Part shown: positions 1-8,909 of the stretch, in pieces
Position numbering within the stretch: position 1 is the stretch's first letter
How the letters are laid out: each line of letters opens with the position of its first letter
NCBI GenBank assembly: GCA_947629595.1
Contig: CANREI010000002.1
Location: 1 to 35,042, forward strand
DNA: 35,042 bases
Direction: 5' to 3'
Origin: an uncultured Alphaproteobacteria bacterium
GTDB taxonomy: Bacteria; Pseudomonadota; Alphaproteobacteria; CAAHEQ01; UBA3637
The notes under the pieces: generated by a model
The model's input: only the letters and a program-made list of their open reading frames with translations
What the model was told of the DNA's origin: nothing
Database searches by the model: none
Made by a program: the position numbers and the translations under genes

Positions 1-326
1 CCTTTTTGTCCGACGCCTTCCAACTGCCGGGAAAAAACAACATCATAGCCGTAATCATTGCCGATGGCCGTTAAGTTCGATGTATCCGTTGTTAATGAAA
101 GGGCATTCATTGCCGGCCGATTGATTTTATAGCGTCCGACCAACTCTGCCGCCAAATGTTGCGATTGTGATGCCGATCCGCCGTTGCCGCAAAACAAAAT
201 TTTATGTCCGTTTTTTAACGCTTCAATGCAAACGGCGGCAATTTCATTGATTTTGAATGACATTTTTTGCAATTCATTTAATTCGGTTGCCAATTCGTGC
301 AGCTGATTTTCAATATATTTCTGCAT
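1..326 (-). CDS. gmhA: D-sedoheptulose-7-phosphate isomerase (SIS domain), N-terminal 108 aa only; the gene runs off the window start
   Basis: Not in the ORF track. My own minus-strand translation from the ATG at 326 gives [109 protein letters not shown]. The CGNGGS...AEL.GRY...RP...GND.G....FSR motifs match GmhA. It lies immediately downstream of hldE. Confidence 0.8.
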   Translation of the reverse strand, partial: MQKYIENQLHELATELNELQKMSFKINEIAAVCIEALKNGHKILFCGNGGSASQSQHLAAELVGRYKINRPAMNALSLTTDTSNLTAIGNDYGYDVVFSRQLEGVGQK

Positions 327-329
327 TTG

Positions 330-1805
330 TTATCCTTTCATTTTTTGTATTAAATTCGTGGTGGAATAGCCTTCCAATCGCTTTAATATAATTGCCTTGC
401 CGCCATAGGCCATAACCCGTTGCCCTTCCGGCCAGTTTTCAAGCGCATATCCTTCTTTGGCAATCATATCGGGTTTTAATTTTTCCACAATTTCCATCGG
501 TGTTTTATCATCAAAGACAATCACATAATCAACAAATACCAATGATGCCAACAACATTGCCCTTGTTTTTTCATCTTGTATCGGTCGAAGCGGCCCCTTG
601 TTCCCGCGCACCGATTCATCGGAATTCACACCGACAATTAACACATCGCATAATTTTTTTGCCTCCATCAGCGAATGCAAATGCCCTAAATGACAGCAAT
701 CAAAACAGCCGTTTGTAAAACCGATTATTTGATGATTTTCGCGCGCCGCCTTCACCATTTCTTCGGCCTGCCCGAGCGTGATTATTTTGCGTTTTTGTTG
801 CCAGCCGTCCGGTGCCGATTGATGAATCGATAAAGCGTTTTCCAACTCTTTGGCACTCACCGTTGCCGTCCCCAACTTTCCGACCGCAATTCCCGCCGCC
901 AGATTGGCCAGTTTCATTGCCTCTTTTACCGGCGCTCCGGCCCCTAACGCCGCGCCGATTGTTGCCAAGGACGTATCACCCGCACCCGACACATCATAAA
1001 CTTCTTTCGCTTCGGTGGGTATTTGCAATAAATCATCGGCCGCATCAATATGAATCATTCCGTATTCGCTTAACGTGATAATTAAATGTTCGATATGATA
1101 TTTTTGAAATAAAGCTTTGGCTTTTTGTTGAATCTGCTGTTGAAAATCCGCGCTTGTCGGATTGTATTGACAGCCCGTTGCCTGAGAAAATTCTTTTAAA
1201 TTCGGTTTAATGAGCGTTGCGCCGATATATTTTGAATAATCGGCTCCTTTCGGATCAACAATCACTTTTTTATGATAATTGTGACACGTTTGTATAATCA
1301 TTGGTGTGGTAACACTTGTTAAAAGCCCTTTGTTATAATCAGATACCAACACAATATCCGCATTTTTAACCGCCTGATTTAAAATGCGTTGATATCGGGG
1401 CAACAAGCCTTCAATAACGGGCAATATTTCTTCCTGATCAACCCGCGTTAAATGATTATTTCCCGCAATCAGCCGCGTTTTGACAATCGTTTGATACTCT
1501 TTTAATTTTAACAAGTGAACATGCGCGCCGATTTCCTTTAATTGCTTTGCTATTTTCTCGCCGCTTTCATCGCGCCCGATAATGCCGATAAACTTAACCA
1601 TACAGCCCATTTTTGCTAAATTAGCCACAACATTGCCCGCACCGCCCAACATTTCTTTTTCCGATTTATATTTGAACACGGGAACCGGCGCTTCCGGCGA
1701 TATGCGTTCCACATTGCCGTATATAAATCGATCCAGCATAATATCTCCGATAACCAAGATACGCACTTGCTTAAATTTCTCGATATATGTTTTCAACAGC
1801 GGCAT
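330..1805 (-). CDS. hldE: Bifunctional D-beta-D-heptose-7-phosphate kinase / D-beta-D-heptose-1-phosphate adenylyltransferase
   Basis: 491-aa ORF. The N-terminal part is a pfkB-type sugar kinase (VIGDIMLDRFIYG, DVSGAGDT). The C-terminal part is a cytidylyltransferase (GFTNGCFDCCHLGHLHSL). This is the classic RfaE/HldE two-domain layout. Confidence 0.9.
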   Translation of the reverse strand: MPLLKTYIEKFKQVRILVIGDIMLDRFIYGNVERISPEAPVPVFKYKSEKEMLGGAGNVVANLAKMGCMVKFIGIIGRDESGEKIAKQLKEIGAHVHLLKLKEYQTIVKTRLIAGNNHLTRVDQEEILPVIEGLLPRYQRILNQAVKNADIVLVSDYNKGLLTSVTTPMIIQTCHNYHKKVIVDPKGADYSKYIGATLIKPNLKEFSQATGCQYNPTSADFQQQIQQKAKALFQKYHIEHLIITLSEYGMIHIDAADDLLQIPTEAKEVYDVSGAGDTSLATIGAALGAGAPVKEAMKLANLAAGIAVGKLGTATVSAKELENALSIHQSAPDGWQQKRKIITLGQAEEMVKAARENHQIIGFTNGCFDCCHLGHLHSLMEAKKLCDVLIVGVNSDESVRGNKGPLRPIQDEKTRAMLLASLVFVDYVIVFDDKTPMEIVEKLKPDMIAKEGYALENWPEGQRVMAYGGKAIILKRLEGYSTTNLIQKMKG

Positions 1806-1828
1806 TTTTTATCCTTTGCTTCCTGATT

Positions 1829-3001
1829 TCATTTAACGAACAATCGGCTCTCTTGAATGGATTGAAACACAAGTTCCGGTGTTATGTTTCTCATACAAAC
1901 ACCTTCTTTTTCTCCCGTTTTAACACATTTTTCATACCACGAACGCATCAACCACTCACACCCGGGACAAACATTGGCCGAAATATTGATATTTTCCGAA
2001 AATCCGAAAAAGTTTTTGTTCGTCGGACCGAATAAAATAACCGATGATCCGCCCTGTATAAAATGCCGACAAATGGCATATCCTCCTTCCTGCGCAATTA
2101 AAAGCTTTGCATTCTTTAACAAAACAAGCATTTCCGTTAAGCTTGTTTTTCCCAATAAATTCCGATCTGTTCCCTTTATGCTCCTTTGATAACTTTCTCC
2201 GGCCTGTATAATTTGATAATCGGGATATTTTTGTTTCAGCATTTCTGCCAACCGCGTGTAATATTCCACCGGCCATCGCCGAACATCATTTGTGTCTTTA
2301 AAATGATATCCGGCACCGGTTTGCATGACGATAAACTTGTTTTTCTTTAAATGATATTTTTTTAATACCGCTGTTTCATTTTCGTTAATTTGAAGTGAAA
2401 ATTTTTCGTGTTTCATTCCCAGATAATCATTGATATCCGCTTGATTTTCTCTTGTCCGTCCGGACAAATACGAATATTCTCTCCCCAAAAAATCATTTTC
2501 ATAAAAGGGCATATTTTCCCGATAAAAATTTTTAATCATTTTTATATATTCCGTTAACTTCTTTACCCGGAAAGAAGATAATCTTGTCCAATCACAAAAC
2601 ATCAACCTCGGGAAACGAATAATCTGAATTTGGGCATCATATTGTTCTTGTGTTTTAAAAAAAATATGCCCCATACATTTTTGTGCCTGATATAAAGGCA
2701 ATAACTCTTTGTTTTCCTCGGGCATTAAAATATCGGCAACGACAACATCAGAAAACTGCTTCAAAAAACAACTGTAATATTTTAAAAAGAAAAAATGATC
2801 CCCTATTCCGCCCATCGGTTTAAATAAAACATGAAATTTTTCATCTTTAAAAGAAGAATATTCCCCGTCAGTTAACTTAAACAGATGCTTTAAATTCCAA
2901 AATATCAGCTTTAACGCCATTTTCTTATAATGCCCGTTATAAAGACACCCGTATCGTTTTATCCTGCAATTGAGTCGTTCGATATATGTGTTAAAATTCA
3001 T
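1829..3001 (-). CDS. Glycosyltransferase family 9 (ADP-heptose:LPS heptosyltransferase-like)
   Basis: The C-terminal half carries the GT9 pattern: RRWPVEYYTRLAEMLKQKYPDYQIIQAG...LLGKTSLTEMLVLLKNAKLLIAQEGGYAICRHF...VILFGPT. The ORF track starts at 3037. I prefer the ATG at 3001 (MNFNTY), which overlaps the upstream stop codon as ATGA. Confidence 0.65.
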   Translation of the reverse strand: MNFNTYIERLNCRIKRYGCLYNGHYKKMALKLIFWNLKHLFKLTDGEYSSFKDEKFHVLFKPMGGIGDHFFFLKYYSCFLKQFSDVVVADILMPEENKELLPLYQAQKCMGHIFFKTQEQYDAQIQIIRFPRLMFCDWTRLSSFRVKKLTEYIKMIKNFYRENMPFYENDFLGREYSYLSGRTRENQADINDYLGMKHEKFSLQINENETAVLKKYHLKKNKFIVMQTGAGYHFKDTNDVRRWPVEYYTRLAEMLKQKYPDYQIIQAGESYQRSIKGTDRNLLGKTSLTEMLVLLKNAKLLIAQEGGYAICRHFIQGGSSVILFGPTNKNFFGFSENINISANVCPGCEWLMRSWYEKCVKTGEKEGVCMRNITPELVFQSIQESRLFVK

Positions 3002-3633
3002 CTGAAACACTCCTCTTTTGCTTGCCTTGAAACACATCTTTTTTCTTGCTTTTGAGGCGCGTGCTTTTTGTTTCGACTTAACTGCAATTCTTTCACTTTG
3101 TTGATTACGGTTTGCTTATGACAGTGAAAAAGAGCCGCCATTTCCTGATATGTTTTGCCTTCATTAAAAGCTTTTAAAAACAAATTTAAATCAATTTTCT
3201 TCTTGCGATACGGATTCGTTTCCTGCCAGCCCATTTGCTCCAATTTATTGAATAACGCCTCCCGACTCACGCCCAATTCTCGCGCAATCGCCACTTTTGT
3301 AACGCCGGCATTTAATTTTTGCAAAATATATTCTTCCTTTTTATATAATTTACTGCGCACTTTAATCCGTTGATATTTTTCCGGCATTAAAAAAGGATGT
3401 TTTTTTAAGTAATAATGCACATTAGATATACTAACTTGCATTTCAGCGGCAATATAACTCATCGGCATATTTTGTTTAAGTAATTGTATTATTTCTTCTT
3501 TTTTGCTATCCAAAGAGAACTGCCCTTTACGTGCGCCGATCGGACGCCCGGGTTTTAAGGCATTTTTGCGCCATCGGTGTCTTTTTTCAAGACATTGATT
3601 TCTTTCACTTTTTATGCCTCTCTTTGTTTGCAT
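2998..3633 (-). CDS. DNA-binding protein with three tandem helix-turn-helix modules and a basic N-terminus
   Basis: 211-aa ORF with three internally similar segments: EEIIQLLKQNMPMSYIAAEMQVSISNVHYYLKK, EEYILQKLNAGVTKVAIARELGVSREALFNKLEQ and LFLKAFNEGKTYQEMAALFHCHKQTVINKVKEL. Each fits a generic HTH pattern. No catalytic domain is present. Confidence 0.55.
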   Translation of the reverse strand: MQTKRGIKSERNQCLEKRHRWRKNALKPGRPIGARKGQFSLDSKKEEIIQLLKQNMPMSYIAAEMQVSISNVHYYLKKHPFLMPEKYQRIKVRSKLYKKEEYILQKLNAGVTKVAIARELGVSREALFNKLEQMGWQETNPYRKKKIDLNLFLKAFNEGKTYQEMAALFHCHKQTVINKVKELQLSRNKKHAPQKQEKRCVSRQAKEECFR

Positions 3634-3956
3634 TAAACCTCCGTTTAATTTGATGCATGATTTTCACAGTATATAAAACCAAATAGAATATGTCAAGATA
3701 TTTTTATGAAAGCATATATAATATATAATAATCAATATGTTATTTGATAATTAAAAAGCTTACTCAATTGCTTTGGCTGCTTGAATTTTTTTGCACCCAT
3801 TAAACAAAAGGGGGGGTGGGTACTGTTTTTTTACAAATGCATTAAAAAATTTTGTTTTGAATATAAATTATAATTGTTCAAAACACCAAAAACGCAACAC
3901 GTTTTATCAGGCAAAAGCCCGACTTAAATAATACTTGATAACAAAGTTATTTTTAT

Positions 3957-5228
3957 TTAACTTTTCCAATTCATCAAAACATCTAACCCGTCTACATCAA
4001 ACACGGGAATATGATGCTTTATATATACCGCATGCCTTTCATGATAGGAATTATCTATAAAGACAGCTTTCTTCGGTGAAATATAATCGGCTTTATTATC
4101 ATTCGGTTTAATGTGTATTATGTCATCAAAAATGTTTTTGTGAATATGATAATATTCCATACTGTCAAAAATTTCTTTTTCGTGTTTTGTCAGTAAAATA
4201 ACTTTTTTATTATTATTTTGACACTGATATAAAAACCAAACGGCCTTTAAATTAACCTTATCACGCACAATCAGCGTATCATCAAAATCAAAATAAACCG
4301 TATCATAGTCATAATCAATTTTATAACGTCTGATTAAAGAACTATCCATTTTTACGTAATATGAGTTAGGTTCAACGGTAATATCGTAACCCATCACCGT
4401 ATAAACAGTCAACAACGGTAAATTAACACCGCATGCTCGGGTTAAAGCCATCGTTCCGGCACACCTGACGGAAACTTCCATCAGTTTCCAATGTTCATTT
4501 TTATCTTGCTTGATTTGAAACCACCACAATCCTAAAAATGAGAGCTTTTGATTTAAGAATTGAGCTATTTTTTGAATTTCCGGTGTTAATTTTTCAATTT
4601 GTCCGGCAACCGAAACACCCGCCATCACTCTTTGACGCGATCGGGGAGAAACCCATCTTAATTGTCCGTCTTTATCCGTCAGACAATCAACCGTATATTC
4701 CTTGCCCGGTAAATATTCACAAATAACATACGCATTTAAATTAACGTTCGGAATATCCTTCGGTGAATTGACTAACCGGGCACCAACGCCTCCTTGTCCT
4801 TCTTTCGGTTTAATAAAAACGGGATATTCCGTTATTTTCGAATATATCTTCGGTAAAAAATCAGCCCCGCTTAATGCTTTATATGTTTTTTCTTTATCAC
4901 GACAAATAACAGCGGTTTTTTGACAGGAACAAGCCAATTTGGCATGTATTTTTTTGGAATTTTCGGCCAAAACCATGGCAACCGAATCATGGGTCGGAAA
5001 AACAACATCAATTTTATTTTTATCTAAAAACAAATTAAAGCGCTCCAAAAAATCAGGCGCGGTTATCATCGGCAAGTCAGCCGTGTAGTTTTCAAAAATA
5101 TATGATCCGTGTCTGTCAACGGAAGAAGCTCCGAAAACATTGATATTTACACAACCGCATAAAGCATCATGTAATTCAACGGAATTTATTTCGCCGGCAG
5201 GAAAAACAAGAACGTTAATTTTTTGCAT
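3957..5228 (-). CDS. ATP-grasp enzyme fused to a C-terminal HAD-like domain
   Basis: 423-aa ORF. Residues about 100-290 look ATP-grasp-like (YPVFIKPKEGQGGVGARLV, ICEYLPGKEYTVDC). The C-terminal ~110 aa starts with the HAD motif I, VYFDFDDTLI (DxDxT). Candidate motifs II-IV follow (ILLTKH, NKADYI, VFIDNS). Confidence 0.6.
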   Translation of the reverse strand: MQKINVLVFPAGEINSVELHDALCGCVNINVFGASSVDRHGSYIFENYTADLPMITAPDFLERFNLFLDKNKIDVVFPTHDSVAMVLAENSKKIHAKLACSCQKTAVICRDKEKTYKALSGADFLPKIYSKITEYPVFIKPKEGQGGVGARLVNSPKDIPNVNLNAYVICEYLPGKEYTVDCLTDKDGQLRWVSPRSRQRVMAGVSVAGQIEKLTPEIQKIAQFLNQKLSFLGLWWFQIKQDKNEHWKLMEVSVRCAGTMALTRACGVNLPLLTVYTVMGYDITVEPNSYYVKMDSSLIRRYKIDYDYDTVYFDFDDTLIVRDKVNLKAVWFLYQCQNNNKKVILLTKHEKEIFDSMEYYHIHKNIFDDIIHIKPNDNKADYISPKKAVFIDNSYHERHAVYIKHHIPVFDVDGLDVLMNWKS

Positions 5229-6177
5229 TTTCTAAAAACTCCAAAATCAATTTCATATCCTTTAACCCGTATCGCTGATCCAGAGGCAAAGGAATAATTG
5301 TATGCGCCAATTCTTGGGCTTTTTGTGAAGACATACAAGAACAATTTTCTGCCCGAGGCCAATATTTCGCAATGTAGATTTTATTTTGAATCAGCTGTTG
5401 TCTTAAACCGAAATGATTCGTTTTAAAGGGATAGACCATCGGTACATCTTCCGGAGATAAATCTATTTTTAATTGATTTCTTTTTTTTAATGTTTCATGC
5501 AAAAAATTAAAATTTTCCAACCGAATTTTTTTGACTCGTTCATAATCAATATTTCCCATAAGTGCTCGGGTCAATTTTGACATATACTCTATGGGACGAT
5601 TTACCAAAGCATCATTATTTTTTTGAAAATCCGAATACCCGTCAGATGCGCTTAAATCCCATCTTTTTAATAAATGTGAACATAAATTATATGATACGGA
5701 TTGTTTAAAATTTTCCGTTATTTTTTGATTGCAAAGAAGAATGCCGCCATCAGGCACGCCAAAAAATTTTCGGGGGCTGTAAAAAGAAGCCAATCCCATT
5801 TTAGGATAATAAAAACTTTGGGCATTATCCACAATCAGATTCGGATAGATTTTCGCTAATTTTTGAACATTCTTTCCGCAAATTCCAAAATAATTATTGT
5901 ATAAGATAAAATCCTGCGAATCAATTTTTTTCAACGGCATAAAATAATGATCCGTATCGTAAGGAATGATGTGACAATTTTCTGAAGCAACGGCTTGCCA
6001 AACAACGGGACAGGTATAGTAAGGAACATGTAAGTTTTGAATATGATATGTTCTGATAATACAACGAAGAGCATTCCCGGCCGAATTTAATAAAATACCG
6101 TTTTTATGATAGGGTATGTTTCGAGCACATTCCAACTCAAAATAACCGCCGATTTCTTTATATAAGTTCGTATTCAT
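5215..6177 (-). CDS. Short DegT/WecE-like PLP-fold protein (aminotransferase-like)
   Basis: 320-aa ORF. The GGYFELE start, NALRCII, IVDNAQSF and SFYSPRKFFGVPDGG segments resemble the sF..tK....geGG lysine region of the DegT family. It is shorter than canonical members. Confidence 0.45.
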   Translation of the reverse strand: MNTNLYKEIGGYFELECARNIPYHKNGILLNSAGNALRCIIRTYHIQNLHVPYYTCPVVWQAVASENCHIIPYDTDHYFMPLKKIDSQDFILYNNYFGICGKNVQKLAKIYPNLIVDNAQSFYYPKMGLASFYSPRKFFGVPDGGILLCNQKITENFKQSVSYNLCSHLLKRWDLSASDGYSDFQKNNDALVNRPIEYMSKLTRALMGNIDYERVKKIRLENFNFLHETLKKRNQLKIDLSPEDVPMVYPFKTNHFGLRQQLIQNKIYIAKYWPRAENCSCMSSQKAQELAHTIIPLPLDQRYGLKDMKLILEFLENAKN

Positions 6178-6856
6178 TCAAGAGTTTCCTTATCTCTTCG
6201 GGGCTGTTAAACATAAGAATATCAATCATCGACAGACCCGGAACAAAATCATTTTTAAATTGTTTATAAGAAGAAAAACGTGTTTTCAGAAACCGTAAAT
6301 CAATTCCTTGTTTTTCAAAATCCGTTTTAGAATAGAGTTCCTGTCCGCCTATGGCATTTATATATTCCGTTCCGCCTAAAATACGGCAAATATGTAATAC
6401 TTTTTCTTGGGCTTTTAAATCGTTATTTTTTTCAAGTTCAGATGATAAAATCAATTCGGTTTTAATATCCAGATAATTGCATACCCGATGAAACTGTTTT
6501 TCCAATGCTTTTGATATTAAACAGCTTTCTTCTGTTATAACATCTTGAATAATCGGAAAAATTTTTTCAAAATACGGTGCTTTTTTATAGGCTTGCTCAA
6601 TTGTTTTTAATAACTTATTTTTTTCTTTAATTTGTGAAGTTATTTTAATTTTATTGATGGGCAGAAATGAGGAGGCGCCTTCCAATGGTACGGTTAACAA
6701 ATGTGATTTGCCGTTGAGCAATATGTTATTTCTGTTTATCCAACCGTTTTTAATATAATTGACATCATCATAAATAACATATTTATCTACGGCATTTAAT
6801 AATTGCCAATAGCCCAAATACGGGAAAAAATAGGGTTGCATAATACCGATTTTCAC
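6158..6856 (-). CDS. WbqC family protein
   Basis: 232-aa ORF beginning (GTG)-KIGIMQPYFFPYLGYWQLLNAVDKYVIYDDVNYIKNGWINRN, the characteristic WbqC N-terminus. The GTG start overlaps the upstream stop codon (GTGA). Confidence 0.75.
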   Translation of the reverse strand: MKIGIMQPYFFPYLGYWQLLNAVDKYVIYDDVNYIKNGWINRNNILLNGKSHLLTVPLEGASSFLPINKIKITSQIKEKNKLLKTIEQAYKKAPYFEKIFPIIQDVITEESCLISKALEKQFHRVCNYLDIKTELILSSELEKNNDLKAQEKVLHICRILGGTEYINAIGGQELYSKTDFEKQGIDLRFLKTRFSSYKQFKNDFVPGLSMIDILMFNSPEEIRKLLNEYELI

Positions 6857-7839
6857 TTTAAACTCCCAATAAAAATAACAAAAATCACAATCAGAAGTAA
6901 AGAAAGTTTAAGCTCTGCTTTTAATCGATTCATTTTCCTTTGTAACCGTTCTGTTTCATCTGACAAATTTAACTGCTCCCATAAATTTGAAAACTCCGAA
7001 GCAATTGCTTCCAATTCTTTAAATTTTTTGTTTTTTAAAAAACAACGAATGGTTTTATTCAACAAATAAAGCATATCTTTTGTTTTATCCGCATGAAATT
7101 TTTCCGATACCGCGCGATAAAACCGTAAATGAGAAACAGCATATTTTTCAAACCAGGCATCTGATTGCAGAACGCCTGTCCAAACACCGCCGGAATTTCG
7201 ACGATAAACACTCATTACATCAGGAATAAATCCGATTTTTGCCGATTGAGTTTGCAATAAATGCATCATATAATCTTGCGGCAAAAAATTACTTTCAGGC
7301 CACTCTTTTGAAATATTATGCCAGCGGTACATTACCGAATTTGTTTGAATAAAATTTCTTTGTAATAAATCTTGTAAAGATAAAACCTTTTTATTAAATC
7401 TGTATTTTGCGGAGGGAAAAACAACCTCTTTTTCTCTCTTATCTTCCCAAATAACTTTTACGGGATGAAAACAAACGTTAAAATCGGGATGAGAATCCAA
7501 AAAATCTGCCTGTTTTTGAAGTTTATTCTCATCTGTCCAATAGTCATCACCCTCGTTAACGGCGACATAGGTTCCTTTAATTCTGCCCCATTGATATTTA
7601 CGAGAAACATTTATTCCTTTGCTCCATTGATTTTCTTTTTGATAAACGGCTTTAATAATTTTCGGATATTTCTTTTCATATTCACGAATAATATCAGCCG
7701 TTTTATCCGTTGAAGCATCATCATGAATCAAAACTTCAAACGGGAAGTTTGTTTTTTGCATCAGAAAGCCGTCTAAAGCCTGACGAATAAATTTTTCGTG
7801 ATTATAAGTTAAACATAAAATTGACACTTTCGGTTTCAT
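6853..7839 (-). CDS. Glycosyltransferase family 2 with a C-terminal membrane anchor
   Basis: Carries KVSILCLTYNHEKFIRQALDGFLMQKT..FEVLIHDDASTD and NEGDDYW motifs. The C-terminus is hydrophobic (LSLLLIVIFVIFIGSL). The preferred start is the ATG at 7839 (MKPKVSIL), in an ATGA overlap; the ORF track starts at 7863. Confidence 0.8.
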   Translation of the reverse strand: MKPKVSILCLTYNHEKFIRQALDGFLMQKTNFPFEVLIHDDASTDKTADIIREYEKKYPKIIKAVYQKENQWSKGINVSRKYQWGRIKGTYVAVNEGDDYWTDENKLQKQADFLDSHPDFNVCFHPVKVIWEDKREKEVVFPSAKYRFNKKVLSLQDLLQRNFIQTNSVMYRWHNISKEWPESNFLPQDYMMHLLQTQSAKIGFIPDVMSVYRRNSGGVWTGVLQSDAWFEKYAVSHLRFYRAVSEKFHADKTKDMLYLLNKTIRCFLKNKKFKELEAIASEFSNLWEQLNLSDETERLQRKMNRLKAELKLSLLLIVIFVIFIGSLK

Positions 7840-8909
7840 ATTTCTTCCTTCAAAATTTGACAAATTTCCGACACTTTTTCATCGGTTAAATCCGGATATA
7901 AGGGCAAGCAGGCTATTCGAGAACAAATATCTTCCGAAATTTCACAACGCCCATTCAACAAATAGGGAAGTTTATTCAAACTGGGATAAAAATAGCGACG
8001 GGCAAAAATATCGGCTTTTTCCAAAGCTTTAAACACTCTTAAAAGTTCACTTTCATTTTTAAAAATAACCGGATAATAAGCATAATTATACTCTAAATTC
8101 TTTTGAAGCTTCGGGCGTTGCACAAAACCCGATAATTCTTTGTCATACAAATCAGAAACACGTTTCCGTTCCGAAATACATTTTTGAATAAAGCCGAAAT
8201 TTGCCAATCCCATCGCCGCATGAAATTCAGATTGTTTTGCATTTATTCCCAAACAAAAATGATTATCTCCATTATGTCCGAAACGTTTTTGCAATTCCAA
8301 TTTATCGGATACATTTTTCTCTTTTACAATAATGCCTCCGCCCTCTATTGTGTGAAAAAGCTTTGTGGCATGAAAAGAACAAGTACTGATATCACCATAA
8401 GAAAGAAGTGATTTTCCCTTATAGATTGAACCGAAGGCATGAGCGCCGTCATAAATAACTTTCAAATGATATTTATCGGCAATTTCTTGAATTTTATCCG
8501 TATCACAAGCATAACCGAACACATGCACGGCCATAACGGCCTTGGTTTTCGGTGTAACGGCTTCTTCAATTTTATTCGCATCAATGGTAAAATTGTTTGG
8601 TTCTATATCAACAAAAACCGGGGTGCATCTTTGCCATAAAATACTGCTGATTGTTGCCACATAAGAAAAGGGCGTTGTAATAACTTCCTCACCGTCAATA
8701 TCCAAAGCGTGTAATGCCAGTTGTAAAGCAACTGTTCCGTTTGTCACATAATGAAAATTTTTCACGCCCAAAAACTCGGAAAGTTTTTCAGACAATTCCG
8801 AAACACAAGGACCTTGATTTGTTAAAATACCTCTTTTGAAAATTTGTTCGACATATTTTTGATATTCTTCAATCGGCGGCATAAAGGATTTTGTAACATA
8901 TACACTCAT
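7836..8909 (-). CDS. DegT/DnrJ/EryC1/StrS-family sugar aminotransferase (acts on a dTDP-4-keto-6-deoxyhexose)
   Basis: Carries the NGTVALQLAL, IYDGAHAFGS and SFHATKLFHTIEGGGIIV (PLP lysine) motifs. The preferred start is at 8909 (MSVYVTK), in an ATGA overlap; the track starts at 8924. Confidence 0.8.
   Translation of the reverse strand: MSVYVTKSFMPPIEEYQKYVEQIFKRGILTNQGPCVSELSEKLSEFLGVKNFHYVTNGTVALQLALHALDIDGEEVITTPFSYVATISSILWQRCTPVFVDIEPNNFTIDANKIEEAVTPKTKAVMAVHVFGYACDTDKIQEIADKYHLKVIYDGAHAFGSIYKGKSLLSYGDISTCSFHATKLFHTIEGGGIIVKEKNVSDKLELQKRFGHNGDNHFCLGINAKQSEFHAAMGLANFGFIQKCISERKRVSDLYDKELSGFVQRPKLQKNLEYNYAYYPVIFKNESELLRVFKALEKADIFARRYFYPSLNKLPYLLNGRCEISEDICSRIACLPLYPDLTDEKVSEICQILKEEI

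Noticed and set aside
1884-2276. ORFs 1884-2189 (+), 1956-2276 (-) and 1787-2035 (+) inside or antisense to the GT9 gene. Similar small ORFs occur inside hldE, the ATP-grasp gene, rfb genes, the 570-aa gene and pckG.
   Set aside because: They are nested within longer ORFs that carry clear family motifs. There are no independent signals for them.
2998-3633. IS element or transposase.
   Set aside because: Only HTH modules are present. There is no DDE or serine/tyrosine recombinase domain, and I could find no terminal inverted repeats in the flanks. It is not callable as a mobile element.
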